From: Entomortierella parvispora E1425
Lineage: Eukaryota; Fungi; Mortierellomycota
Assembly (NCBI GenBank): GCA_020891255.1
Contig: BQFW01000010.1
Span: 930,001-994,000, forward strand
DNA: 64,000 bases
Reading direction: 5' to 3'
The position numbers and the translations under genes are program-made. Of this stretch, positions 36,553 through 50,030 are shown piece by piece. Each line of letters begins with the position of its first letter. The first letter of the stretch is position 1. The notes under the pieces are model-generated. The model was given only the letters and a program-made list of their open reading frames with translations. It did no database searches and had not been told where the DNA came from.

Positions 36553-39500
36553 ATGAAGTTCAAACGTCCCAACAAGAAGGATGGTCAGGGAGTCAATGAC
36601 AGTACTGACTTTTCCGATCCTAACATCATGGCAAACGCTGACTCCTATGGAAGTGAATCCAGAAGAGAAGGTAAAACAATGACAACAGCAGCAGCATTTG
36701 CTTACTCGGCCATTTTGTGGCATAACGCACTGTGCTGATCTCTTGACGTCAATACATTATTACCCTTTAGTATTCGCTCAACCTTTACCCATGGCCTTTA
36801 CTTCAAGCAACTCTCAAGCTGCTGGCTACCCGTTCCCGGCTACACATCCGGACCAACCTATCCCCCCTACCGCCCAATTGCCTCTTGATGTGATTGGTCA
36901 ACCGCCTTCGTCTGCGCCTACGACTCCTTACGACTTCATCACCAACAGTCTCCATGCAGCCAGTCCCGAAGAACATCTGGACCCCAAGCTTCAATCTGTG
37001 AGTCCCAGTCCAGGATTGCGTGGCAATGGGGATGGTCGAGTTTCGAGCCAGCAAATCATGATTGAGATTGACAGGGTTTTGAAGCGAGAGGACACCAACA
37101 ATGACTTCATTCCCCCGCGTCAGGCGATGAATACGGACGAGTCTGATTTTGACTGGGATGAAGACATCAACTTTGACAGCAGTGGGCAAGCCTGCAAGAA
37201 GAAGGAAAAGCCCCGGTCGTGCTGGCGTCAGCTCTCACCCTTTTTGAGGATGATCATCCTGGCCATCCTGGTCGAGATTCTGATGCACACCGCAACTGAA
37301 ACGGATCCCGATCGAGACATCGAAGCCCGAAATCAATTGAGGCGTGTGCGCAAGGAGGCCGTGGTGACCATCTTTACCTGGCTGGCGTTCATGTGGACCG
37401 TGATCTGTATTACCATCTGGGGGATCGACTTTTTGCCTCAACTCCTGGTCCGGTTCTGCTCTGTGTTTGCCCCTAGCCGAGTGGAGACCTTCAAATCAAA
37501 GATGTTGATCTTTGTCGCCACCAAGAAATATGTAGAATGGTTGCTGGATGCCTGCTGGGCCGTCGGTTCCTTTGCGGTCCTGACCATCGTCATCTTTCCA
37601 ATTGTGAGCCAACAAAACTGGCAAACCACGTTGCTCAAGGTCCTGGGGGCGCTCGTGGCCCTGTTTGCGTTGATCTTGGTCGAAAAGATTCTGTTGCAGA
37701 TCATCTCCACGAACTTTCACCAGATTGCCTATGCGGACCGTATCAAGGAAAACAAGTATGCGCTCTCGGTCCTCGACCGGCTGGGCACCTCCCGCAAGAA
37801 TGTCAAACGGACAAAGTATCAGAACCAGAGTCAGAACCGAAGCCAAAGTCGAAACCCGGTCTCGGACAGTGGGGAACCCTCTTATTCTCCTGCCAATTAC
37901 CGGTCTCGCCAACAGTCTCGGTCCAACAGTTGGGACAATGTGACGACTTAACCCATCGCTGCATCCTCTATCAAGGCCCTGAACGAAAAGGATCCTGTGA
38001 ATGACAGTTGTGCTCAGAGACCCCGATTCCTCTCCACAATGCCTCTGCCAACCAGTGGCAAGAAGCATCAACAAAACATCTCCAAGGGTTTGAACCGAAA
38101 GCTTCATGGACTGGCGCGTGCGGATGTGGTCCCCGCCAAGGATATCAGTTCTACTGAGAATGCCAAACGCCTGGCCAGGATGCTGTTCCACAACCTCCAG
38201 AACCATGGAGAAGAGCTTGTAGTGAAGGACTTTTACAGTTATTTTGATACAGAAGAAGAAGCTCAAAACACGTTTGCACTCTTTGACAAGGACGGCAACG
38301 GCGATATTTCCAAGAGGGAGATGAAGGAAAAGATCTTTTACGTCTACAAGGAACGTAAGGATTTGCACACGTCGTTGAGGGATCTGTCCCAGGCCGTGGG
38401 CAAGCTCGACATCATCTTCTTGACGATCGTGGCCGTGACCTGGCTGTTGATCATCCTGTCAATCTTTGGAACGAGTGTGGTTCAAAACATGTTGTCGATC
38501 GGTTCCTTCTTGGTGGCGTTGAGTTTTGTCTTTGGCAACTCGCTCAGGACGTTGTTTGAGAACATTGAGAACATTGTGTTCTTGTTCATCACGGTAAAAA
38601 CTTCGTTCCGCTGCAGTATGCAGCAGTGGCTCCTTTTTCCTTTTTTTTTTTTTTTGTTATTGTTTTTGTTCTTGTTTTGGCTAACACAGTCCAAACAACA
38701 AGAACAAAATAGCACCCCTATGATTCTGGTGACCTGTGTGACATTGACGGCAATTTTATGTACGTATGCGAAGTCGGATTGAACAGCACCATGTTTGTGA
38801 GCTGGGATGGCAAAAGGATCTACTACCCCAATAATGTGCTCAGCCAGAAGGCCATCAACAACATCCGTCGGTCTCCCAACATGTCAGAGAAAATCAGTAC
38901 CTAAGTTTTTTTCCCTCTTTTTTTTTTCGCTTTATCTTTTTTTATTTCACTTTGATACCTTGTATACCTTGTCTTTTGTAAAGGGCCAAAAAAAAAAAAA
39001 AAAAGCTCCGCCCCGTGTCCCCGTCCCCTCGCTCTCCCGCGCACGAAAAGGCCTTATTTTGTATTTCTTTTTTTTCTTGTGACCAATAGTTCTCCACGTG
39101 GATGTGTACACGCCCCAGTCCAAGATTCTGGAGTTGAGGGCGAGGATGCGAGCGCGAAGGAGACTAAAGAGTTCTCACCCGAGATGGAGATCCAGATTCA
39201 AGAGATTGACGTCAAACTCAAGATTTCAATGGTCATTGAACACAAGGGCAATTGGCAAGAGTCGGGTCGTCGATGGGCCCGACGAACCAAGGCAAGCTTT
39301 TTTGGTTTTTTGGGTCGTACTACAAGATACCAAGCAATGCACGTCTGCAGTGCCATCTTGTTTTTTTTCCCCAACCAGGTGGTCTTGTCATGTGGGGTGG
39401 TCGCACAATAAAAGAAAAATGTTGCCATTGGACTAACCAACTTTGTTTCTCTTTGTTCTTTTTTTTGCTTTAGTTCCACTACGCATTGAAAGAGGCCATG

Positions 39501-39836
39501 GAGGATATTGGTATTCGGTACTACGCTGTACCGAATCGATTGGAGATCATGCAGGTCGACTCGTGCGGATCGAGCATTAGCTCGGGAATCACCATGCATT
39601 CGGATGGTAGTGGCGTTGGTGTTGGTGGTAGTGACGGCAGTAGCAGTGGCAGTATCCAACAACGCAATGGTCCAGACCGCCCTCAAGACCATGAACGGGC
39701 CAATGAAGACACGCTACTGGCATCTGCAGGGGGAAACAGTGGTCAGGCAGGACCATTTGGAAACTACACGCCTGAGCAGGTCGCTCGGCTCTACCAAAGG
39801 AGCTCTACCCGTAAACCCATGGGCGATGCTGACTGA
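36553..39836 (+). CDS. MscS-family mechanosensitive channel with EF-hand (Msy1/Msy2-like)
   Basis: EF-hand LFDKDGNGDISKRE; VFLFI(T)HPYD; GKRIYYPNNVL..KAINNIRRSPNMSE; HKGNWQESGRRWARRTK; several TM helices. There is an unexplained in-frame TAA at 37949-37951. Confidence 0.85.
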
Positions 39837-40630
39837 GAATTTGATGACGCTGTGTGATGATGACATTGGTGGTGGCGGCGGTGGTTACGATGACGATGGG
39901 GGGCAGAAAAGATTGCTGTGTGATGGAATAGAAATAGGAAGCTAAAAGGTATACACTCACTTGACATAGATATTAGACATCGAGATGGACATGCCACATA
40001 CACATACTCAAACGATCGAATCAGATAGAATAGAACCTTGACCAGTCCACTCCAGTCCAAGGTGACGATGATGATGATGATGATGATGATCCCATGAAGG
40101 CCACGCCGCGCGGTGTAGAAGAAAAGGTGAAGAAAGAAGAAATAGAAAAAAAGAAAAAAAGAAAGCAAGAGATGGACGATGACAAGCCGACAAGGGTTGA
40201 ATCATCCCCTAGCGCATTCGTTGATCCTGATCCTGATCCTGACCAAACGTCCCGACAAACTGGCCAGTTCAGAGACAGAACAGAACAGACACCAGCCGAG
40301 ATGCGCAGATACAAACCCCCCACACTTGACCCCAATCCGTCCCCCCCATCCATCCCCACAGTCGTTGTCGTGACTGCAGCAACAAACCGCAAGCGGGCAG
40401 CAGTAAACGGATGAGAAAGAGCCATGCCAACAAAAACAAACGTAAAATGAAAGAGAGGATGCAAAGGAGGACGAAACACGCGTCGTTCCTGCGCGCATCG
40501 GCCCATCCGGTCGCCACTAGCGCGCGCAATAGTCGAGCAAGAGAGGATGGATGAATGAAGACAAGAAGGGTCGCCTGCAGCGACAGAGGGACTGAGGATG
40601 CGAATGAAGAAGGGAAAAGAGACCCCGCCT

Positions 40631-40733
40631 GGACCAGCCTGAGAGGACCAGCCTGAGAGGACCAGCCAGACAGGACCAGCCAGACAGGACCAGACAGGAC
40701 AGGACAGGACCATATGGACCATATTGACCATAT
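40631..40733 (+). repeat. GGACC-anchored compound minisatellite with unit length shrinking from 14 to 5 bp
   Basis: GGACCAGCCTGAGA x2, GGACCAGCCAGACA x2, GGACCAGACA, GGACA x2, GGACCATAT x2, TGACCATAT. Confidence 0.85.
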
Positions 40734-40987
40734 ATCGAATAGACGAATAGCCTATTAGCATCCACCACCAACAACAAACAACATGCAATAGAGTTATCTT
40801 CCATCTGGTCTGTTCACTCTAAACACTCTATTCACTCTATTCACTCGACTCCATCCTGCCATCCTGCCATCCTTTCATCCCATCCCATCTGATCCCATCC
40901 CCATCTCTTAGCTCCCCTTGGCTTATCTACGCCACCCTCCCTCTCACTTTCTTTTTTCCTTCTCTCTTTCATTCTATCCTTCTTCTC

Positions 40988-41018
<31 letters not shown>

Positions 41019-41190
41019 CTGGTTGTGTCTCCGTCCTTTGTCTCTAGTCTCTTCAACAACAAACCGCTTGCTTCTTTACCTCCCTCCCTCCCTCCCTCCC
41101 TTCCTCCCTCTTCTTTGCTCATTCCTCACCCACCATCTCCAAAACCCTTCATTCTTCCATTGCCCACATTCTCCTCGTCGTCTCACCGAC

Positions 41191-44100
41191 ATGAACGCCA
41201 GCAATACCCCGCCTCAACAGACGTCCGAAGGCGGTAAGAGTCGAGCCTGTGCTCTCTTCCCCGCTTCCCCCGCTCCCATATTTGGGTCAATTGCTTTCCT
41301 GTGGAACACGAATGCGGCCACAGAGCACAGCCCCGAGAAGGGAACATGGTTCTGTTTGCACCAAAGCGGGTTCTTGGCGGCCGTTTGCTTCTATGCCATG
41401 CCATGCTATGCAGCAGTTTGTTCCTTTTCTATTATCGTCAGTCTTTGTCAGACTGGATGCAGCTGAGATGCAGGACCCACCCCTGACTTGACCGTCGTGG
41501 GCCCCTGTGCACGCATTGCGCGCACACGCATGCACACACGCACACACACACACAGGCACCCACGCGCGCAAACAGTCCCTCCCCTGGACTATATTGATCC
41601 TCCTCTCTTTTCTTCACTACTTTCCTCCCGCATGATTACATGAAAAGGTTGAGACGGGAAACACGAGAGTGAACCAGATAGGGGGGTTGGCTCAGTTGAT
41701 CGGGCTAAAGAGGTTGTGTTATCGATGCAAGGCGTCTTCATGTCGAGAACACGATATGTTTGGCCGCTTGGCCTGTCAGCACCAGTCTGCTGTCTGTAGT
41801 CTGTAGGAATATGGCCATGGCCATGACCTCCCTACGGTTGTGCTGACCGCTATTTTTTTTTCTTTTTTTACTTTTTTTCCCTATAGGAAACGTTCTGAGT
41901 GGTGAGAACGTGCTCGCTTTCAATCTCTCGGATCCGTTACCTTTGTTCATGGTTCAGGTAAATGCGCCGTTTATTTGTTACCGCTGGGAGATGGAAAGAA
42001 AACATGAGATTACTACTGGTCCATGAGACATGAGACAGGATACATGTCCCTTGCATCCAGTTACGGATTGCAGTAACCTTCATGAACAGGCAGCTGCCAA
42101 GAATTTCTTTATCTGTCTTCACTTTTCCATGTGGATGACCCGATTAGATCGTTATTAACGCGCTGGCCAATCTCCTCTTTTCTCGTTTACTTCTATCTGC
42201 AGACAATCATCATTCTTTCGCTATGCTATATTGTCAACATGGGCATGCACCGACTTCGTCAACCTAAAGTCGTCTCGGAGGTGCTCTCGGGTATCCTCCT
42301 CGGCCCTTCCGTCCTGGGGCAGATCCCTGGTTTCAGCAACAACATCTTTCCATCAGAGTCTATCCCGTTCTTAACCCTGGCGGCCAATTTGGGTCTAGTC
42401 CTCTTCTTGTTCTTGGTCGGTCTCGAGCTAGATCCAAAACTGATCTTGAAACGAGCAAAGCACGCGCTTGGTATCTCAGTGGCCGGACTGGTCATCCCTT
42501 TTTCATTCTCGTGTGGCGTCAGTGTCCTCCTCTACAAAGATTTCGAAAAGGCCTCAACCACCACCCCTGCGCCACCATTTAGTGAGTTCTTGCTTACTTG
42601 CGGTGTTGCAATGAGCTTGACAGTAAGTGAACATACTCCGTCGCAGAACGCGATATCGCTGTATATCACTGTACCCAAAGGACTACTTTGTTAACCAGGC
42701 TTTACGGTATCCTTGGTATGTTTAGGCGTTCCCTGTCTTGGCGCGAATCCTAGCTGGTAAGCGAGGGTACCATTCTTCTGCACTGGCATCTTACTGTTGG
42801 AAACGAGCTAACATCTCACCCCATTCAACAAATAGAAATGCAGCTTATGAGTACAACAGTTGGCTTCATCACCGTGTGCGCAGCCGCAGCAGGAGACATC
42901 CTTGGCTGGATTATGCTTGCGCTCCTTGTCAGTCTTATCAACGCTACGACACCCATCATGCCACTCTACGTGATCTTGATGGCGGTTGGTTGGGTCCTCT
43001 TCCTGGTCTTCGCGGTGCGCCCCGTCCTTCTGACTCTTATTAGAGTGACACATTCAGTAAGTTGGCTTTGCTCTCTAGACAAAACGGTCGTATCCAGGAT
43101 ACAGATTTGACAGCTAACCTCCCGAAATAACCATTTGATGTCTAAGGAAGAAGAGCCTTCTCAAAAGATGATCGCGATCACATTAGTCATTGTCCTCACA
43201 AGCGCGTATATGACAAGCATCATCGGCATTCACGAAATTTTCGGAGGATTCCTCGTTGGTCTTTTGATCCCACACGACTCTGGGTTTGCAGAGGGTCTGA
43301 CGCGCCGTATCGAGGATCTTGTTGGAGTCTATTTTTTGCCCATCGTAGGTTATTACTGCTCCCTTGGCTTGGGTTTGATATCGTTTTGGGCAAGGACCCT
43401 AACAGGCCCTTTTTTTTGTCCGACGTCTAGTTCTTTGCATGCTCCGGCCTCAAGACACAAGTCAACCTTTTGAATAACGGCCAAACCTGGGGATTGCTGA
43501 TCATGGTGGTGACCATCTCTTTCTGTGGAAAGATGCTCGGCTGTGTCTCCGCAGCTCGATTCAGTGGTATGACCTGGCGCGAGGCCCTTGCGATCGGATT
43601 CCTGATGAACTGCAAAGGACTGGTCGAATACATCATCCTCAACATTGGACACGATGCAGGCGTGATCAGCGACCGAGTCTTTGTGATTCTCATCTGCATG
43701 TGTGTCCTCCTCACCATGCTTTCCACACCTTTTGTCGGATACCTCTACCCTGTCTCGTATCAGAAAGAAATGGAGGTTCGTCGAGAAGCAGAGCGGAAAC
43801 TGCAGCTCCATCGAACACCATCTTCCAAGGCTGGCAAGAATAACGGAAATGCCTCTGGAAAAGCGGGGTTCTTTGCTCGTCTCCGAAACCGAAAAGGTGG
43901 CAATAAGAAGGATTTGGAGGCAAAGTATGTCGATGCTGCGGCCAATACCGACTATGAGGATCTGGACGTAGTCAGGATCGACAGTGAATCTGCTATGGAT
44001 GAAGCCAATAACCACTCATGGAAGAGCAGGAACGCTATCATGTTTTGTCTCGACAAGACCCCAAATGCTCCAGGAGTTATGACGATGCTCCAGCTCTTCT

Positions 44101-46532
44101 CTGGAACGATGGGCCTCCGTCGATCGAAACCCTATGTTTCTTCTGCAGAGAACGCCGAGGATGGATCGAAACAATCTGAGCCGAGATACAAGGGCATCCT
44201 TCAACCCTCCATCGATATCTCGGATCCCCAAGGCAACCGTCGGACCCATAGCCGAAAGGATGAGGTCCTGGACTATGAAGTTGACTTTTCAAAGATCTAT
44301 GCGATCCGTCTTTTGCATATCTCTGAAAGAACATCTGCCGCCCTGCTGACAGCCTCTCGCTGCATGGATCGATTGTACAAGGATACAGTCATGATGATGG
44401 TCATGGCCTTCGCAAAGCTAAACTCGATCCCGCTCAAGCCTCTGGTCTCTCTTTCTACTGATGGTCAGTCGACAGCGGCTCAAGATATCTTGGATAGAGC
44501 TATCGACTTGAATGTGGGTTGGATTGTTTTCCCTTGGAACTCGTCCCACCTTGTCGACCTTCCAACCTCGGTCGGTCCTACACTACTCAGCGGCAACAAC
44601 AACACAACAGTCGGTAGCATACACGAGATCAACGCCGGAACCGTTGCTGGGGGTGGAAGTACCCACCTCCAACCAGGTCTGATGATGTCAATGGCCAACA
44701 CTGGAACAACAACCAACAGCGCCGTCTCTGCCCCAGGTACACCTGATGCCACTACAGATAATTCCCGTCAGCTGCCCTACAACATTTCTCGGTACTTTGA
44801 TCACGACGAATCCCAAAAGATTGCAAGTGGTGGTCATGTTGATCTGTCCCATTCAGGACAGAGTCACCGAACCAGCGTCTCATCCAACACAAAGACCCTC
44901 TCAAAGCTGATCCCTGCCAGTGCCGAAGTTCGCATCTCGACCGCCGTTATGGTCGATCGTGGTCTGGGTCTCTTTGGTGGCGTTGAGCACTTGGTGGTCC
45001 CTCTCTTGGGTGGCGAAGATGATTACGAGACTCTTTGTCTTGCTTCTTGTCTGGCCAGGAGCACAAGTTGTTTTGTGACCATTCTCCGAATCTCTTCTGT
45101 TATCCCTACTACCGCTGGATTTCAGCCGAACATGGCCCATTCTGCCGCAGACAGGTCGGTTCCGCCAACTCCGGATGGTATCTCCTCGACAATCCGCCAG
45201 CGCCAATCATTCCGACGGACAATGGAGGAAGGAATGACTTTTGATCCTCAACGCCCTCGTGCAGACCAATGCCCATCCGTGCCAGTCGACGACAAGACGT
45301 TGTTCCAGATGTTCTTCCCTAACAAGCCACCCTTTAAAGGTCGTCCCTCCCAGCATCAAGGCACTCTTAATGTCCCCAAATTACCTTCCGCTGGACAGGA
45401 CAGTGATGAGGAGGGTGCACTTGAGGATGGTGTCATGGTTTTGAAATTTTTAGAATTAAGTGACGCTGTTCAATGGGCTCGATCATGTTTGACCGCTCAA
45501 GACTTGATGGTTATCGGCTTTGACTCGAATGTGATCGCAGGGACCGTCCATAGGGGCGCTAGCCAAGATCACAGTCGGCCGTTATCCACTGTTAGCGACT
45601 CGCGATTTTTCACCAGGGATGACGATGACAAGTCTGTAGGAGGCACTCAAACCACCAGTAACATTAGCGGTCGCACCGGCAAGAGCGGCGAAAGTCGATC
45701 TCCACTCATGGTTGGTGGCAACACTTCTACAATGTCTTCCCCTCGGTCAATTTTGGAACGTCGAGGCCTGCACCTGTCTCCACCGTCCATTCTATCAAAC
45801 AACAACAACGACCATCCAGTACAGAGTCCGGCCTCTTCTGCGCCACCTACACCAAACACTGTTGGCTTTGAGGAGGACGGTCGAAGGGGACGAGGCGCCT
45901 TCAGGACTGGTACCGCTGCCGCCAGGCTGCAGCGATCTAAGAGCCGAGGCGGAAGGTCATCTAGATCCATCTCCAAAGGCCGCAAGAGCACTGGAACTCC
46001 TGGTGGGGCAGATCAGGACGGCCATCGACGCCATTTGTCTACGTCTTCAGCCGCTTACCCAACTACAACTGGCGCCATGACGACCTGCCAGGTCATGTTG
46101 GGATACGCGGCTGATCAGATGATCCAGTCGGGTGTCAACTCGAGTTTGTTGGTTGTGCGGTCTCGCTGGTTCGCTGACCGGATCCGTTCTCACCAGCACT
46201 CGATCGGTCTGTCCTTGGGCCAGTTCAAACTAGGAGTCAGCCTCACAAACACGAGCGTGAACACTACTCAACAGCAACAGGTTGTCCGACAGTACCAGAA
46301 GCAGCAGCACCAACATCATGCTCGAGAGCATTCCAAACTTTCGCAGGATTGGACCAATATTCAACTAGGAAATGACATCAAGATACAGCCCTTCCAGGTG
46401 CCAGACGTCATGGTTGAAGACGCGTCTGAAAAGGAAGTCATGGATGCGGAACACAGTCGAGATGCTTCCCAGAAACGGGAACTGGATGAAGATGATATGA
46501 TGACGCCTCGCACATCTGAAGATATGAATTAG
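41191..46532 (+). CDS. KHA1: K+/H+ antiporter Kha1 (CPA2/CHX-like) with very long cytosolic C-terminus
   Basis: Exon 1 41191-41233 (MNASNTPPQQTSEG) joins exon 2 41887-41957 (GNVLSGENVLAFNLSDPLPLFMVQ), then RQPKVVSEVLSGILLGPSVLG, LFLFLVGLELD, FPVLARIL, IHEIFGGFLVGL and GFLMNCKGLVEYIILNIG. Confidence 0.92.
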
Positions 46533-47713
46533 ATCTTTCTTATAGTATCATGTAATATATTTCTACTCATTGCCATTCACCTTGTCCCATCGCAACAAGC
46601 TTATTTCGAGTTGAACTGTGTGATTACTTGAAATGTGCTCAGACAGTGACCCGACTCTTGTCCTGGTTTCATTCATTACCTCACAGGCTCTCTCATGGAC
46701 AATCGTCTTTCAAAAGCCCGAGAGACTGAGCCAAACAACAGCAAACATGGGACACCAGAGAAAGAGGGAGACGGGTAAGGGACATCCACTAATCAAAATA
46801 GGCAATGATTCGCGCGCCGCAATGAGAGCGAAAAAGTCTGTGAACCACATCAAGGAACCTGAACTACAGCTTCCGCCAGAGGATTTCGGGGGGTTGGCAT
46901 GGGTCCATTGTTTGACACCAATCGATCGTTCCTCGGTGTCACCTTATTTCACCCCTCTCCCTTTCCCTTTCCCTTCCCGACCCGGGACATCTGCGCGTGC
47001 GGCGTGGACTCCACCGTGTGAACAGGATAAAGAGACAAACTCTTCTGAGACCCCGTCGCGCCGTTGGCCCCACTAGGCTGCTGTGCCATGCAAGGGAAGG
47101 GCACAAGGATATTCTAGTCACCACGCGCTTCCCAGGATAGGATTTTGTTTGCTCTCAACGCCATATCACGACAAATCTGCAAGGACGCCGCCTCCTAAAA
47201 AAAAAAAGAAAAAAAAATAACGCACAGACACTTTTCGTGTTTGACTGACCTGTGCCTCCAACTTTGAATTGAACAACCTCTGCTCAGGCACAATCCATGC
47301 TCTCCTACTCTTTGACCACCCTTACTTGACAAGAGCATCTTTTGCAAGCAAACGCCTCATATGTATGTCTCGAACGTACATTGTGGGGCAGTGTCATGAA
47401 GTACGGATCACGATCGTTGAGAAAACAAAAGAGTCCCCCCCGCGGAGTGCACCTTTCTTGGATTGCATATCCAACGGCTCCGCCGCGTTTTGTGCTCCAT
47501 CCTAGTGTTCGTGTCGAGCATGACATGCATCAAACACGACGCCGATTCTACAGTTTGTGGACTGGATTTGTGTTCATTAACGGTCGAGGTAGGGGGGGGG
47601 GGGGGGGATCGATAGCCAGGGGCTTACCCAACTCGCAGAATGTGCATGCAAGTCGGGATGAACAACCAGATTGAGAATGAACATGCTGACTGGCCCAAAG
47701 GACAAGAATTTCG

Positions 47714-47721
47714 TATATAAA
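47714..47721 (+). promoter_or_regulatory. TATA box of the small secreted Cys-rich protein gene
   Basis: TATATAAA upstream of a CA-rich leader and a 5'-UTR intron (GTATGA at 47809 ... AATAG at 47909). Confidence 0.5.
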
Positions 47722-47921
47722 GAGAGGTCATTTTTCATCATTTCAAGCAACCATCCAACAACACCTCCTCTCAGAACCATCTCAGCTCATCTCCAACTAA
47801 CACTCAAAGTATGACGGGGTCCTCACTTACTTCCTCAGATCAGGAACGATGTAAGATCATCACTCTAACGGCTACAGGTGTTGCCTTCTTTTTTTCCTTG
47901 GAACAATAGAAAACAGAAAAA

Positions 47922-48209
47922 ATGTTTGCTCGCGCCGCCGTCCTCTTGTCCGTGATCGCCCTGGTCGTCAGTGCCCAGTCGCCCGAGGTTCTCGAAGCTG
48001 GAACGACCCCACACAAGGTGGCCGCTGTCGCTGCTGGTCTCAACGAGATCTCGCCCCAAGGCTGCTACTACAACGGCTGCCGCTGCAACATCAGCCCCGG
48101 TGGCCTCGCCTGCCTTGGCAGCAACGTCTACCAGTGCTCCCCTTCTGGAGACTGCTGCATCTATGGCTACAGAGAGTCGTGCGCCCAGTGCGGTCGCATT
48201 AACTGCTAG
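47922..48209 (+). CDS. Small secreted cysteine-rich protein (signal peptide, pro-region, 10-Cys C-terminal domain)
   Basis: MFARAAVLLSVIALVVSA signal. The last 48 aa contain 10 Cys. Strong C-ending codon bias, as in highly expressed genes. Confidence 0.85.
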   Translation: MFARAAVLLSVIALVVSAQSPEVLEAGTTPHKVAAVAAGLNEISPQGCYYNGCRCNISPGGLACLGSNVYQCSPSGDCCIYGYRESCAQCGRINC

Positions 48210-48578
48210 GCGGTGTTTTATGGGAGTTCCTTCCCTGGGTTCTTGCCTGAGCAAAGCACTTTTTTATCTATCCGTTATTTATTTGGAGTGGGACCCTTTT
48301 CGACCCAAGAGTCCAAAAATATCAAATAAACACCAAAGATTGCTTTGCCCTACTTATTGCTACTATTCTGCATTTGGATGGTGAGAACGGCGAGAGACAT
48401 CGATGTCGTGGACAACAAATAAGCTACTGAACAAACAAACAAACAAACAAAGCAAGCAAGCAAGCAAGCAAACAAGCAAACAAACAACAAAACGCGCAGC
48501 TTCGCCCAAATATGTTGACAAGATGAAAAACTTTGTTTTATTTTTTTGTGCTGTGCTCATTTGATGAAAAAGCGTTTT

Positions 48579-50030
48579 TCATCGATCGGTCAGATTTGTC
48601 GGGCCACAGGGGTTTGTCCAGAGAATACCAGATCTGACGGAGCTCTGGAATCGCTTCAGTTGCCTTTGGCGTTGGAGCTTCAGACTTTCATCCTGCAAGT
48701 TGCTTTGCTGACCTTTTCCTGTCTCTGGTGCCGCCTTCTCCTCTAGTTCCACTGGTTTTGACTTGTCTTTGACATTGGTAGTTTTCTCATGGACTGACCT
48801 TTTCGCCAGGGCTGTGTCCAAAGATTGAGAGAGCCTCTTAGAAACAGACGGTGACCTGGGTGGTAATGGGATGGGCGACGAAAATTTTGAGACGGAAGTG
48901 GCCGCGGAGGTTCTCATCTCATGCCCAAGCCTGTGTATGCGATCCCGTAGAGTGAGAGGCTGTCGGCTAAGGACATTGCTGCTTGGAGAGAAGCGCTTGT
49001 GGTTGATGCCCATAAGATATGAATGACCTGTAGTATTGCTATCATCAGTGACTGACTCCCTGGGCACAAGGTCCTCATCAAACTGAACTTCGTTCAATGG
49101 CTCCTCGAGACCTTCATCGGCTTTCAGAGAGATGGGATCAAGGTATCTCGCTGCGGACTCGAGGGGAGGTGAGGAATTCAAATAAGGCAGAACATGGACA
49201 GGAAGGGGAGACCCTCCAATCGTGTACCCTACTGGAGTTGATGGTAGCAGTCGAAAGTGGGGTGTCGAGTATGGTCCGCCGCTCAAGACGTTATTGTTGC
49301 AGTTATTGGTGGGGGGGATCAAACTGCCACACCTACTTGTATCCTGTTCCCAGGACTCTTGGACTGGATCGATGTAGTTCACATCAAGCGCTACTGTTGT
49401 TGGATTCCAGCCTGAGTAGGTGCCCGTCGCATCCGGGACTACGCTCTCGTGCCCCGCTCCAACGTACAAAGGATGCTGGGGAGCTTGGAATTGGTTCCTG
49501 TGTGAGTAGGGTGAGGGGCTAATATGATCCAGTGGATCCTGGGACAACAGCTCCATTTCATACTGGAGAGAAAAGGAAAGGTTTTAGCTTTTCTACATCA
49601 TCATCAGAACAAAAAAAAAAAAAAAAAAAAAAAAAGAGATCGAAGGTGTTATTAATACCTTCATGTGAGAGTATTTCTCGTTCAGACTGGACGAACCTTT
49701 CAGCTTTCGCTTCCGTCTGTTGATAAGCTTTGGTGGAGGCATTTCGAGCAGAACTTCTGTTTCTTGCTGTTGAGGTTGATACTGATGTTGCAGTCGGCTG
49801 CAGGATTGCAACAACATGGGAAGGGGCTGCATTGTTATCTCCGCGGGTGCCCCAGAGTCAATCCCAATACAGCGAGGCGGGGGAAAAAAATCTGTGGCGC
49901 CACCATATCCGTACCCCTGGAGACCCCCTCTTCCATAGCCCCCTGTCTCTTCCTCTGGCACCAGCACCAAGTCATCGCAGTTTTGAGGCAGACCGTCAAC
50001 GAGTTTTGGGACGCTGGCGTCTACTTTCAT
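48579..50030 (-). CDS. Hypothetical low-complexity protein, 2 exons
   Basis: ORF 50030-49593 splices (GTATTA...CTCCAG, phase 0) into ORF 49556-48579. No recognisable domain; the true start may be further upstream. Confidence 0.5.

Noticed and set aside
39950-41150. Numerous overlapping ORFs between the MscS and KHA1 genes
   Set aside because: Low-complexity, microsatellite-rich intergenic or UTR DNA with no domain signal.
46633-47076. 147-aa ORF after KHA1
   Set aside because: No motif or codon-bias support; probably 3' UTR or intergenic.
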